Virus record (IMG/VR): IMGVR_UViG_3300036949_000060
DNA length: 20,000 bases
Strand: one strand, 5' to 3'
Origin: an uncultured virus (IMG/VR IMGVR_UViG_3300036949_000060)
Lineage: Duplodnaviria > Heunggongvirae > Uroviricota > Caudoviricetes
Shown: one piece after another, positions 6,086-15,459 of the stretch
Numbering within the stretch: the first letter of the stretch is position 1
Layout: each line of letters begins with the position of its first letter
The notes under the pieces: generated by a model
The model's database searches: none
What the model saw: the letters and a program-made list of their open reading frames with translations, nothing else
Told to the model about the DNA's origin: nothing
Program-made: the position numbers and the translations under genes

Positions 6086-6560
6086 GTTCCAAAGATATTG
6101 TTATCGCTACTTGTTTTCCTTTAGGTACTACGATAGGTTTACCGAGAACGGTACGGGTCAAAAGTACGTTATGTGCTTTGCTGTTTGCTGTTCCCGATTT
6201 TTGAGCGTAGCCGACCTCGGTAATTGTGACATCACTTTCCGAATTGTTCGCATACGTTGTGGTAAGGTTTCGGATATACGGATAAGTTGCACTTGCAACA
6301 AAACCATTGGATACGAACGTTAAAACGGGTGAGTCCACGGCGTTTGATTCCGCTAGTATATAATCGTCTTTATCTTCGGGTGTGTTGCCAAAACCAACAT
6401 CTATATATGAACCCGCAAGGCTATTCGAGAAAAATGCCGCCGCATTGTTGGTATTTGCGACTACAGTTCCACCGCCGTTGTTTTGCGTGACAGTAGTTCC
6501 GTCGAAACCAACAAAACTTTGGTTTGAGAAGTGCCACCTTAAATAATTTGTAAGTTGCAT
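6078..6560 (-). CDS. Putative tail fibre/baseplate-associated beta protein (160 aa)
   Basis: RBS AAGGAGA; motifs IDVGFGNTP..DYIL, TITEVG and LLTRTVLGKPIVV resemble fibre-attachment domains; tail-tip position. Confidence 0.6.
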   Translation of the reverse strand: MQLTNYLRWHFSNQSFVGFDGTTVTQNNGGGTVVANTNNAAAFFSNSLAGSYIDVGFGNTPEDKDDYILAESNAVDSPVLTFVSNGFVASATYPYIRNLTTTYANNSESDVTITEVGYAQKSGTANSKAHNVLLTRTVLGKPIVVPKGKQVAITISLELE

Positions 6561-6570
6561 CGTATCTCCT

Positions 6571-7017
6571 TTACGATATTACATAACTGATCTGCTCTTT
6601 AATCCTTGACCGCATTTGTCCGACCATTGAATACATTTTCATATTTCCACCGCCCCCGCTCGGAGCGTATACGTTTTGGGTTGTTCCGTTGATTGTGATT
6701 TCTGCGATTTTCTCGCCCTTTGTGTATATCTGATTCCATGATACAGAGTCGCCACTACCGCCCCCGCCCGTAACGTTTACAACAGTGCGGTCATTGGCTG
6801 AATCGTCTGTTACCGTAACCCCGCCCGTAAATTGCAATTTTCCCCTTGCGGGCATATCTGTACCCGAGGGGTTTTCTATTGTGTGACCCGCTGAACCGCC
6901 CCCACCCATATTTGAGTCGATATTATCCATGTTGCGGTTATAGCTTTGTAGGAAGTCCCCGAAAGGGTCACTCGGTGCGGGTTTTTCTAATCCGTAGTTG
7001 GGTGTTAAACTTGACAT
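6571..7017 (-). CDS. Short tail fibre/adaptor protein (148 aa)
   Basis: N-terminus LTPNYGLEKP...NRNMDNID resembles phage fibre anchor segments; small beta modules separated by poly-Gly linkers. Confidence 0.65.
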   Translation of the reverse strand: MSSLTPNYGLEKPAPSDPFGDFLQSYNRNMDNIDSNMGGGGSAGHTIENPSGTDMPARGKLQFTGGVTVTDDSANDRTVVNVTGGGGSGDSVSWNQIYTKGEKIAEITINGTTQNVYAPSGGGGNMKMYSMVGQMRSRIKEQISYVIS

Positions 7018-7019
7018 TT

Positions 7020-8090
7020 TTAATACCTCACAAGTCCCGTCTTAAGATTTGACGAATTGCAAACAATCCATTCACCGCTAATCGCTTTGGGTGTCAGATC
7101 ATCGGGTGGGGTTCCTGTGTAAAGCGGGTTAACCTCTTTAAAATCTGTAACAAAAACGCTGTTTGCGATTCTAAAAGTTGCATATAAGCCATCATCACGC
7201 ACGATTGCCCTTTTTGCCAAAATACCGCTATCCATGTTTCCGACTAATTCAAGAGGGACGGGTTTTTCTATGTTGGGCGGTATCTTATACCGTCCGAGTT
7301 TCCAATTTGCATAGATTTTTGTCGGATACCACAAAAAACCATTTACGGGAATTGCTGACACATATCCGACTTTTGAAAAACCATCTGATCCCGATTGACT
7401 TGCGGTTAGTTTAAATACATGAGAGCCGTCTAATACGCTTACTCCGTACACTTTCGCATAATGTGAGAACCATGTAGGCGAGTCATAGGATATAAAATTC
7501 GTATTGTCATACATACCGAGGAACGGTGCACCCAATATCTGTGAACTCGTTACGGTCTGCCCTACGGTATTGACCGCTATTACTTTTGCTGTTGCATTGT
7601 CGGCTATTTCTCCCGCCACAATGTAAACAACATTTCCCGCACGAACCGCCTGTGGTATTCCGAGGTCTAAATCTGTGGCTATCGCCGTTCCGTTCAACGA
7701 AATAGTTTGTAAAATGGTATCGCTTGTAAGGTCAAAGAATACCAATTCATCGTCAGCGTGGTTTTCAACTATTCCTGTGTTTGTGCCTTTAATTCTGACA
7801 AGCCATGATGTGTTGTTGTACGATGTCCCCTGTTTGTATATATTGGCGGGTATCGTGTGTGATACTTCCGTCCACGGTGAAGCCGATGTGTCAAACTTGT
7901 ATAACTTGTCGTCTCTGAAACTTGTTATCCAACAGTATTGACCCGTTTGGTCGAACTCGGCAAAGTCGCAAGGAAAATTCATATAGTCAACATCGGGAAT
8001 TTCACCCGTCCCGCTGTCGCTACGTTCATCGTCATAACCTCGCCCGAATAAAGAAAACCTCATTTTGTATTTTCCGATAGTTCCGCTCAT
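7020..8090 (-). CDS. Beta-rich, possibly beta-propeller tail-tip/receptor-binding protein (about 356 aa)
   Basis: Start at 8090 gives an ATGA overlap with the upstream stop; blade-like motifs KLYKFDT, ELVFFDLTSD, KVIAVNT and KVYGVSVLDG. Confidence 0.6.
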   Translation of the reverse strand: MSGTIGKYKMRFSLFGRGYDDERSDSGTGEIPDVDYMNFPCDFAEFDQTGQYCWITSFRDDKLYKFDTSASPWTEVSHTIPANIYKQGTSYNNTSWLVRIKGTNTGIVENHADDELVFFDLTSDTILQTISLNGTAIATDLDLGIPQAVRAGNVVYIVAGEIADNATAKVIAVNTVGQTVTSSQILGAPFLGMYDNTNFISYDSPTWFSHYAKVYGVSVLDGSHVFKLTASQSGSDGFSKVGYVSAIPVNGFLWYPTKIYANWKLGRYKIPPNIEKPVPLELVGNMDSGILAKRAIVRDDGLYATFRIANSVFVTDFKEVNPLYTGTPPDDLTPKAISGEWIVCNSSNLKTGLVRY

Positions 8091-9580
8091 ACCAAGTCGC
8101 TCCATAAAGTAGGGTTATCCGTGACGGTCATATAAACTTTTGCCGAATGTAAACCCTCTCCGAAAATTGTTTGAGGGTTTGAACAATGAAAGACTCTTTC
8201 TCCTTTAAAAGATTTTTCCTCGGTAACGTTCATTTCGAGGTCGGTTTCATCGTCAACGATAAGCCTTACATTGACCGTGGCTGTGGCACTCAATACCATG
8301 TCAGCCGTTAATATCATTTCTATTTTTTGTGCGAATGTCTTTTGCTCGAACTCTATTTCCGTCACAAGGGTTTCGGTTGAACCGATATTTATCGGTTCGG
8401 TGTTGGTGTTATAAAGTAACCAAAAGTCCTTGTCACCGATCTCCTGTCCGTTGGAATACTCGGAAGAAATACCCTCTAATGTCTTGGTAAATCTATCCTG
8501 GGCATCGGCAAGCAAGGGATTATCTCCGGCACACTTAACCGACATCGTGCCGTCAATCTTATAGGTTATCTCGGTTATCGCTCCGAGGTCGTAGACATCA
8601 GCTTGGTTATCAACGAATGTCAGGACATCGCCAACATCGTAAATAGGGATCAAAGGCATATCCGAGGAATAAGGCACATAATAAACCCCATCCCACGCAT
8701 CTATGATCTCTTGTAAGGCTTCGAGTCTGTTGGTTTGATTCGTGAATTGTAAGAACGGATTCGTTCCCAAATCAAGGACTAATCCACCTGTGTTTGAGTT
8801 GGAGACATACTCTTGTACCCCCTCGTTCTTATACGTTGCATACAAGCCATCATAGGTGGTTCTGAAGTCTGATAGATCAGAAGTATACCTAAAGTTGGAA
8901 TGAACTGTGTCGGCTGAATTAGAACTATAAGAGCCTATATACAAATATCCATCTCTGCCGATGTAGGCATATCCACCCAAATAAGCTGTGATGTACGAAA
9001 GAACATCTCGCCATGTCTTTGCATCTGCCACGGAATCCGCAAAGCCTGTCTTTCTTCGTCCGTTCGGCATGGCTTCAATCTGTGCGGATGTAGTTCCGAG
9101 AGTAACGCCGCAAGCTACGCAAGCTTGTGACAGCCACACATAAGGACTCTGAATCGAGTTATTAAGTGATGCCGAGAAACTGACCGCATCGAACTTGGTC
9201 ATGTTGTCATAAGCTTTAATCGTGATGTGGTCGAGTGCCTGGTTCGCTTCACTTATCGTGAAGATTCCCATAGGGATGACATCTGCGGCACCGTCTATGG
9301 AAAAGCTTAACGAAACTTCTCCGTTATAGAGTTCATATCTCGACACAGCCGGAAGTACAACTTCAAGGGATAAGGTGGATGCGTAAGCTGTTCCAACATT
9401 AAGGCTCTGCGATGAAATGGATCGTGTGATTGACCCTGAAACTATCTTTCCGTTTGCCGAGTCCTTATCCGCATCAAAAGCATAAGTGACACCACCAACT
9501 GTTGTGATAGTGCCACTCCACTTCATGTGCCTGGTATTCGATTTTATTTTTGTGAGAAAATCTGCCGATGCTGAATACAT
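8087..9580 (-). CDS. Tail-tip hub (Tal-like) protein (497 aa)
   Basis: Follows the Dit-like gene; motifs IPMGIFTISE, ITIKAYDNM, YIGRDGYL and YDVGDVLT are typical of siphophage tail hub proteins. Confidence 0.7.
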   Translation of the reverse strand: MYSASADFLTKIKSNTRHMKWSGTITTVGGVTYAFDADKDSANGKIVSGSITRSISSQSLNVGTAYASTLSLEVVLPAVSRYELYNGEVSLSFSIDGAADVIPMGIFTISEANQALDHITIKAYDNMTKFDAVSFSASLNNSIQSPYVWLSQACVACGVTLGTTSAQIEAMPNGRRKTGFADSVADAKTWRDVLSYITAYLGGYAYIGRDGYLYIGSYSSNSADTVHSNFRYTSDLSDFRTTYDGLYATYKNEGVQEYVSNSNTGGLVLDLGTNPFLQFTNQTNRLEALQEIIDAWDGVYYVPYSSDMPLIPIYDVGDVLTFVDNQADVYDLGAITEITYKIDGTMSVKCAGDNPLLADAQDRFTKTLEGISSEYSNGQEIGDKDFWLLYNTNTEPINIGSTETLVTEIEFEQKTFAQKIEMILTADMVLSATATVNVRLIVDDETDLEMNVTEEKSFKGERVFHCSNPQTIFGEGLHSAKVYMTVTDNPTLWSDLV

Positions 9581-9942
9581 TAGTACGCTGTCACCTCAAA
9601 CGATACATCCCAATGTGTTTCTGTGCCGTTGTCTTTAATAAGTTCAAAGGACAAGTTCTGTATAAATCCGCCAAAGGTCGCTTCTGCTAATGTCGCAGGA
9701 GAATAATAAGATATCGTCACGCTCTGACCCGTGACATAATACTGCTGAATCTTCTGATACCATGTTGAGTTTATGGTAGAGGACACAGACAGATGGGGAA
9801 CTCCCAACCGCTTTATATCACGCTGAATAGTTCCCGCTTCTGTCTCTTTTACTGTTTCCTTGTTCTGCAAGGTGAGATTATAACTCCCTTTGGTGAGGGG
9901 GAAGTAATCTGTATTAAACTTTAATTTGACTTTTCTGTTCAT
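9580..9942 (-). CDS. Distal tail (Dit-like) protein (120 aa)
   Basis: Immediately after the tape measure gene with TAATG coupling; ETEAGTIQRDIKR and C-terminal WDVSFEVTAY pattern. Confidence 0.65.
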   Translation of the reverse strand: MNRKVKLKFNTDYFPLTKGSYNLTLQNKETVKETEAGTIQRDIKRLGVPHLSVSSTINSTWYQKIQQYYVTGQSVTISYYSPATLAEATFGGFIQNLSFELIKDNGTETHWDVSFEVTAY

Positions 9943-11894
9943 TATCTACCCCCACTAACCAAAGCGTGCCTCTGCTGTGCATTGAGAATGATCGTGTCTA
10001 ACCTTTCCTGTCCGATATAAACAGGAATTACTATGTCACCGGTTTCGGAATTGGTATTCTGGCCAATCAATCCGTAAAGTGTTTCATTCGGATCCGCTAT
10101 CGCTGAATAATTCGGTGCTGCCTGAACAGTGCTGAAGTCTTCAGCTATCGTTCCCGTTACAGCCCCTATCGCATCGGTGATGAGGTTCATGTTTTCTTTA
10201 ACACCTGATGCGAACAGTTCCATCATGTCCGGTGCGTATGTATGGAAATTCGAAAGAGGTCCTTCTTCGGGTTCGGAGAATCCCAAGAGGCTCTTTATCG
10301 TACTTGCCAGATCTGTGACAGTGCTCTTCAGTTTTTCCCACTTAGCCTTAATGCCATCGATAAAGTTATCGATCAGATCTTTGCCCCAGTCCTTAGCAGC
10401 TTCGACCTTTTCCATGAATCCGTCTTTGACCGACTGAACAAGTTCTGCACCTGTAGTGACCAGCTGACCGATTACCATCAGCACGCCTTCTATCAGCTTA
10501 AATATGAGCTCTGCTCCGGCTTCAAGTATCAACGGAGCCGCCTGAATGAGGGCACTCAACAGATTCTTGACTATCTCAGGAGCTTTTTCTATCAGCTTAG
10601 GCAGTGCCCTGATGAGGCCTTCCGCAAGGGCTATGATCAGCTGAAGCGCTGCTTCAACGAGCCGGACTAATGTATCAGGATCCGTGAGCTTATCAACGAT
10701 GGTAAGCACCACGTCAACAATGGCAGGAATCAGTGTAGGCAAGGCCTGTATGAGACCATCTGCCAATGCAAGGATCAGCTGTAATCCGAGATCTATCAGC
10801 ATGGGGAGCATGCTGAGTATCGTTTCTATGATCATGTTGAAGAGGTCCGGCAATATTTCAACTATTACACTCAGTATCTCGGGAAGTGCCGCGACTAAAG
10901 CCTGCAGCAGGCCAGAAGTTGCTTCTATCAGGGGCGGCAGAATCTGCTGGAACATGGCAGGAAGCTTCTCCGTGATTATAGGTACAATCATTGGAAGTGC
11001 ATTTGCAATTCCCTGCAGTGCATTTAATATCGTAGGAATCAGATTATCAAGCGCTGTCGCTCCAGTCTGAACCACGTTGTTTATAAGCAAACCAAGGTCT
11101 GCGTTCGGATCAGCAAAGCCTGTTACCAAATTACCCCAAGCCGCCTTGACGGATGCCACAGATCCCGAGATGGTGCTTCCCGCTTCTTCTGCGGTAGCGC
11201 CGGCAATGTTCATGTTCTCCTGTACGATGTGGATAGCTTCGACAACATCCGCAAAGTTGTTAATATCAAGGGAGCCTTCGATATAGCCTTCCATTTCTTC
11301 GGCATCACGCAGGAGCCTTTCCATCTCTTCTTTTGTACCGCCGTAACCGAGTTTAAGGTTATCGAGCATGGTGAAGTTTTGCTTTGCAAATCCGGCATAA
11401 GCATTCTGAATGGATTCCATTGAGGTACCCATTCGGTTTGCATTATCCGCCATGTCGGTGATAGCTTCATCGGCATATGCCGCCGCTTGCCATGCGTTAT
11501 CCCCAAGCGATGATGTGAGGGATGCCGCAAAGCCTGTGACGGTTTCCATGTAGTCATTTGCTGAAAGTCCCGCTGTTGCGAATGCGTTGGCCGCATTTGC
11601 CATGACTTCATCTGCGGTATCTCCGAAAAGAACTTCAACACCACCGACAAGCTGTTCATAATCTGCAAAGGATGCAGTCGCGGCTGTTGTTAAAGCAGTA
11701 GTTCCGGCAGCGGCTGCGCCTACAGCCTTCACCGCTATTCCACTGAGGGCCTTGGCTCCTGCACCGAAGGCAGAGGCGAAAGCACTTCCTCCACTTGTTC
11801 CGGCAGAACCCATTGCCTCTTCGATTTCGCCGGTCATACCCTCCATCGAAGGCCTGATCTGTAAATAAGCTTCACCTATTGTGTTGTTCGGCAT
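9942..11894 (-). CDS. Tape measure protein (650 aa)
   Basis: N-terminal IGEAYLQIRPS; Ala/Gly-rich helices; YEQLVGGVE..F and GFAKQNFTMLDNLKLGYGGTKEEMERLL motifs; Pro-punctuated amphipathic repeats; follows the tail chaperones. Confidence 0.93.
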   Translation of the reverse strand: MPNNTIGEAYLQIRPSMEGMTGEIEEAMGSAGTSGGSAFASAFGAGAKALSGIAVKAVGAAAAGTTALTTAATASFADYEQLVGGVEVLFGDTADEVMANAANAFATAGLSANDYMETVTGFAASLTSSLGDNAWQAAAYADEAITDMADNANRMGTSMESIQNAYAGFAKQNFTMLDNLKLGYGGTKEEMERLLRDAEEMEGYIEGSLDINNFADVVEAIHIVQENMNIAGATAEEAGSTISGSVASVKAAWGNLVTGFADPNADLGLLINNVVQTGATALDNLIPTILNALQGIANALPMIVPIITEKLPAMFQQILPPLIEATSGLLQALVAALPEILSVIVEILPDLFNMIIETILSMLPMLIDLGLQLILALADGLIQALPTLIPAIVDVVLTIVDKLTDPDTLVRLVEAALQLIIALAEGLIRALPKLIEKAPEIVKNLLSALIQAAPLILEAGAELIFKLIEGVLMVIGQLVTTGAELVQSVKDGFMEKVEAAKDWGKDLIDNFIDGIKAKWEKLKSTVTDLASTIKSLLGFSEPEEGPLSNFHTYAPDMMELFASGVKENMNLITDAIGAVTGTIAEDFSTVQAAPNYSAIADPNETLYGLIGQNTNSETGDIVIPVYIGQERLDTIILNAQQRHALVSGGR

Positions 11895-12261
11895 TGATTA
11901 TTTTCTCCCAAGCTTCGTTGAACTCATCTGCGGTAAGGAACACTTCCGCTTCTTCTCTCTTTTCTTCTGTCAATGCTTTAAGGATTGACGGAGGTTGATT
12001 TCTATTTTTTGACCCGTCTTTTGTCTTTGACCAGTGTAGCCAGGCTAACTCGTCTACCATTCGGGCCGTAAGTATCTGTTCCAATGTGAGCTTGCTGTTT
12101 GCGAGAGCCAGTTTGACTCTGGAATCATCTCTTAATCCAAAACAAAGAACAGCCACCAGCTCCGGTGACTGTTCTCTGTAGTTGAATAAGTGATAGGTTT
12201 CTGCAAGATCACAAATCAGTGAATCCTCACACACCGCAATGCAGTGCGCGAGGAATATCAG
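11872..12261 (-). CDS. Tail assembly chaperone, C-terminal (T-like) frame, probably expressed by -1 frameshift
   Basis: The frame stays open from the slippery site (CTG at 12261: LIFLAHCIAVCEDSLICDLAETY...) to 11872; the GTG at 12234 has no RBS. Confidence 0.8.
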   Translation of the reverse strand: MIFLAHCIAVCEDSLICDLAETYHLFNYREQSPELVAVLCFGLRDDSRVKLALANSKLTLEQILTARMVDELAWLHWSKTKDGSKNRNQPPSILKALTEEKREEAEVFLTADEFNEAWEKIINAEQHNR

Positions 12262-12533
12262 TTTTTTATATTCTTCTTTTCTTCGATGATCTCCTTCGCG
12301 GTATTCATTACCACATCAGACGGAACAAAACCATCATTCTGGCTTGCGATGTGTTCCATCAGCCTATTAAGCTGTTCTTTTCCGAACATAAGCTCGACCA
12401 TCCTCTGAGCTGCAAGGACCTTCTCTACATTAGAACCGCTTTCTGTCTTTGCGGCCTCAGATGTAAAGCGCCAGTCAGTCAGTATTCTTTCATCTATTTC
12501 GTACTCAAATCCACTTTTTGTGATACCCTGCAT
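12258..12533 (-). CDS. Tail assembly chaperone (G-like, 91 aa)
   Basis: Lies between the major tail and tape measure genes; RBS AAGGAGAGAGG; ends ATA AAA AAC TGA. Confidence 0.85.
   Translation of the reverse strand: MQGITKSGFEYEIDERILTDWRFTSEAAKTESGSNVEKVLAAQRMVELMFGKEQLNRLMEHIASQNDGFVPSDVVMNTAKEIIEEKKNIKN
12261..12267 (-). other. Programmed -1 ribosomal frameshift heptamer A AAA AAC
   Basis: X XXY YYZ heptamer in the correct phase directly before the chaperone stop; the -1 frame joins the downstream ORF. Confidence 0.85.
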
Positions 12534-12556
12534 ATCCTCTCTCCTTACTGGTCCCT

Positions 12557-13120
12557 TTATACAGAGGGAACCGTTGCTGTGATGTACTCGTAATGATATC
12601 CGCCGGCGGTATCAGGTACATCGGTGATCGTGATGTTGTAGCCGATAGCCTCATCATCCTTATAGGTGATCTCACCGAGCTCAGAAATGGTTCCGTTAGG
12701 AACTACGATTCTCTTTGCTCTGCCGCCCTTAAGGATCATGTCGAAAACCCAACATCCGGAAGTCATCTCTTCTGCGGTTGCCTTGATCGCCAGATTTCCG
12801 TTTCCATCTACGGTTACATTGGCTGAACCGTAAATAGTCTTAAGAACGTCTACATTCAAGGACTCGATAAGAGTGAATGCGAAAGTGTCGGGTCTGTCGG
12901 TCTGAAGATTGAGAACGGTATCACCGCCCCAAGCTTTGACAGAATCGCTCTCGGGTGAGTTGTTGTTTACGACACCATCTTCGGAAACATATCCGAGCTC
13001 AGCAAATGCCGCATCGAGTGCAGCTGTTGCGCTGGTAGGAAGTGTGGTTCCGAGAGGAGCCCAGTGAACAGCTCCGCCGACTTTAGGCTTACCTACTGAT
13101 ACTTTTGTTGCATCGGGCAT
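12557..13120 (-). CDS. Major tail (tube) protein (187 aa)
   Basis: Start moved to ATG at 13120 (AAAGGAGG upstream); motifs APLGTTLPT, LGYVSEDGV, VKAWGGDTV and FTLIESLN are typical of siphophage tail tubes. Confidence 0.9.
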   Translation of the reverse strand: MPDATKVSVGKPKVGGAVHWAPLGTTLPTSATAALDAAFAELGYVSEDGVVNNNSPESDSVKAWGGDTVLNLQTDRPDTFAFTLIESLNVDVLKTIYGSANVTVDGNGNLAIKATAEEMTSGCWVFDMILKGGRAKRIVVPNGTISELGEITYKDDEAIGYNITITDVPDTAGGYHYEYITATVPSV

Positions 13121-13133
13121 AATTAAGCCTCCT

Positions 13134-13472
13134 TTAATAAAACAGATTATAGTAACTACGATAGCGGTACCGCTTAAGTTCAGTGTCGGTGTTATCATTA
13201 CCGCCGCCGATCTCACAGGTTATGTCTGTCGTTTCGTGAAGCTTATCCATTGCTGTTCTGAGTTTTTCATCAAGAACAGCCGCTGCGTACTTGCTCGGAC
13301 CGTAGGATCTGAACTCGAGTGTCACAGCATCAATGCGGTTAGTTCTTCCAATGTCTACACGCTGGAAGATTATGAACGATTCCGGGACCTGCTTCGGTAT
13401 CTCCAAGACCACAGGGATGTTATCCTCTGCAAATTCCGCATCAAGAAAGTTTTTCACTCTTTCTTCAATCAT
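13134..13472 (-). CDS. Tail terminator/completion protein
   Basis: Directly upstream of the major tail gene; AAAGGTGA before ATG 13472; motifs SYGPSKYAA and YRYRSYYNL. Confidence 0.7.
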   Translation of the reverse strand: MIEERVKNFLDAEFAEDNIPVVLEIPKQVPESFIIFQRVDIGRTNRIDAVTLEFRSYGPSKYAAAVLDEKLRTAMDKLHETTDITCEIGGGNDNTDTELKRYRYRSYYNLFY

Positions 13473-13650
13473 TGTCATCACCTTTGTCTTTCCGCACTAT
13501 TACGTGACATCTATCGAAACCCACGAAACTTGAATCTACTTCTCCGTGCCTTTCAGCTTCATTCAACAAAGCATCCATCATGAACTGAGATTTTAAAACC
13601 TCCACCACTCCGGAGCTCTTCAATTTGACTTTAACCTTCGAGTTCTTCAA
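13465..13650 (-). CDS. Short head-tail/neck protein (HK97 gp10-position gene, 61 aa)
   Basis: Overlaps both neighbours; KVKLKSSGVVEVLKS resembles N-termini at this position; TTG start. Confidence 0.55.
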   Translation of the reverse strand: MKNSKVKVKLKSSGVVEVLKSQFMMDALLNEAERHGEVDSSFVGFDRCHVIVRKDKGDDND

Positions 13651-13972
13651 GATGTACCTTCTTGTTCCACCTTAATGGGATATTTGCTTCGATGCCTGCT
13701 GTTGGCTTTCCTATGGTGTGATATCTTCCGGTAAACGGTGCGGGAAGTATAACATAAGTGTCTTCCCAGTTATTATCATCGCCTTTCGGGATTGCCAGCG
13801 TGTATTTGGTCTTCTTGCCGTGCATCGCCAGGTTGTTGGTGATGTCATCAGCTGAAGGTTCTCCGACCAGCACGTCGCTGATATCCTTTGGGGAAGTGCT
13901 GTAAACAGGAGCACCGAAATTATCGGTGCCTGTCTGTGTCTTGACTTCTAATGTGACTGTTATACCGGTCAT
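13631..13972 (-). CDS. Head closure/head-tail adaptor protein (113 aa)
   Basis: GTDNFGAPVY N-terminal motif typical of head-closure proteins; ATGA overlap with the upstream gene. Confidence 0.75.
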   Translation of the reverse strand: MTGITVTLEVKTQTGTDNFGAPVYSTSPKDISDVLVGEPSADDITNNLAMHGKKTKYTLAIPKGDDNNWEDTYVILPAPFTGRYHTIGKPTAGIEANIPLRWNKKVHLEELEG

Positions 13973-14343
13973 ACAGAAACCTCCGGATCATTCAAACAGG
14001 GAACTATTCCGATCTTATTACCATATCCTAAGAGCTTTTTCTCAGTTCTGTTCAGATACAGTTCTCCGACTGAAGTATTTGTTCCCATAGTCCAGGACTG
14101 CGCATAGCCCATTGCAGACATTGATCCCTGCGTTGCTCCAACAGGGATATCCGGATCAATGCTCATTGATCTCTGGACCATGCGGATTGAAACAATCTTC
14201 TTTGCATCAGCTGCCGCGTTTGCATTGAAGCTGTCGATTATAATTCCCGCATCATTTAAGAGATTTGAGCAGATGTTCTGCTGTGCGGTTGTCATTGGCT
14301 CGGACATTCTATCCTGAACATCCTGAACGGTTGCGTATGCCAT
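13969..14343 (-). CDS. Head-to-tail adaptor/connector protein (124 aa)
   Basis: Start moved to ATG at 14343 (MAYATVQDV, GAGG upstream); SMSAMGYAQSWT...GELYLNRTEKKLLG is typical of adaptors at this position. Confidence 0.8.
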   Translation of the reverse strand: MAYATVQDVQDRMSEPMTTAQQNICSNLLNDAGIIIDSFNANAAADAKKIVSIRMVQRSMSIDPDIPVGATQGSMSAMGYAQSWTMGTNTSVGELYLNRTEKKLLGYGNKIGIVPCLNDPEVSV

Positions 14344-14350
14344 AACTGCC

Positions 14351-14572
14351 TCATTTCTTGGTTTTCTTTGTCTTCTTAGGAGCCTCGGTCTTGGGCTCTT
14401 CTTTTTCCTCCAGTTGCACCGGTGCAACTTCGGACTTTTCGACCTGCTTCACTTCGGACTTGGGTTTTTCCAAGTCAGCGGCGAGCTTATGGCCCGCCGC
14501 CTTGTATTCTTCAACTCGGTCATCCGCTACCCAAAACTCGATTCCTGTGAAGCAGTTGTTCATCTTTATCAT
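14351..14572 (-). CDS. Small capsid-adjacent hypothetical protein (73 aa) with Lys/Glu/Pro-rich tail
   Basis: TGATG overlap with the capsid stop at 14572; TGIEFWVADDRVEEYKAAGHKL followed by a charged disordered tail. Confidence 0.7.
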   Translation of the reverse strand: MIKMNNCFTGIEFWVADDRVEEYKAAGHKLAADLEKPKSEVKQVEKSEVAPVQLEEKEEPKTEAPKKTKKTKK

Positions 14573-15447
14573 CAGATCGAAGGAACTCTGCTTGCAGTGA
14601 GAGCGTTGAAGCAATCGGTGTCAGCGCGGAAGCCTACTTCGATTTCTGCTCTTACTGCGAACATATTCTGCTGGAAAAGATTGATGGTGTTGCCATCGGG
14701 AAGATCAAGAGTTGCCTGATCAGAGATAGCAATCTGAACATCATCCTCAACAGCGCCCCAAACTGCCTGAGTCCAGTCACCGCCATAGCCGATTACGGAA
14801 GGAGTTCCGCTCTTGAAAGCTGCCTTAGACATTTCGGTTCTTGCTCCGAGGATCATAGGGATAGCACCCTCTGCAGTATTATTGACGAACAGAGGTCTGT
14901 TAGCGTTGTCTTTTGCTCCGAGAAGGATTCCTCTTGCCTGAGGGGAAAGGATGTAGCCGTCGAGCAGTCCACCATGAAGCGCAATGTCGGTATCTGCTGC
15001 AACAAGTCCATCATAGGCATTGGATGCGAGGCTCTGAGCAGTTACATTTGCGAAAGTGTCAAAGTCATCGCCGGGAGCTGCTCCGTGAAATACAGTATAA
15101 TCAAACTTTCTTCCGAGAGCTGCAGGGAGCCTGCGAACAATCTGATCATAGAGAGCGCCCATGTCTCTTCTGAACTGATTTGAAAAAGGAACGATTACAG
15201 AGAGGGTATATCCTCTGAGCATCTTGGTTCCAAGAGCGGGATTGCTTACGGGCTTCTTTCCGGTTTCGCCTACCCATTCAGCCTCAGGATCCGAAAGAAT
15301 TTCAGGAATTGCGATTCCTCTTCCGGGAAGGTCGCTCTTGCGGGCAAGTCTCATAACCTTTGATTCTTCAGCAACTTTCTGCATGATCTCTCTGCTCACA
15401 TCAGCAGGGAGTGTGATGTCTGATCTGTTAGTGGGAATACCTGACAT
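14572..15447 (-). CDS. Major capsid protein (HK97 fold, 291 aa)
   Basis: RBS AGGAGG; motifs AEWVGETGKKP, LGRKFDYTVFHG, LKDxxxRPLF-like GAKDNANRPLF, GDW and NLFQQNMFAVRAE. Confidence 0.93.
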   Translation of the reverse strand: MSGIPTNRSDITLPADVSREIMQKVAEESKVMRLARKSDLPGRGIAIPEILSDPEAEWVGETGKKPVSNPALGTKMLRGYTLSVIVPFSNQFRRDMGALYDQIVRRLPAALGRKFDYTVFHGAAPGDDFDTFANVTAQSLASNAYDGLVAADTDIALHGGLLDGYILSPQARGILLGAKDNANRPLFVNNTAEGAIPMILGARTEMSKAAFKSGTPSVIGYGGDWTQAVWGAVEDDVQIAISDQATLDLPDGNTINLFQQNMFAVRAEIEVGFRADTDCFNALTASRVPSI

Positions 15448-15459
15448 AATTTTTCCTCC

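Noticed and set aside
5849..8105. Diversity-generating retroelement or invertible tail-fibre cassette
   Set aside because: No reverse transcriptase, recombinase, template/variable repeat pair or flanking inverted repeats were seen in the window.
12540..12570. Frameshift extension of the major tail protein adding an Ig-like domain
   Set aside because: Only about 23 nt separate its stop from the chaperone start, leaving no extension ORF.
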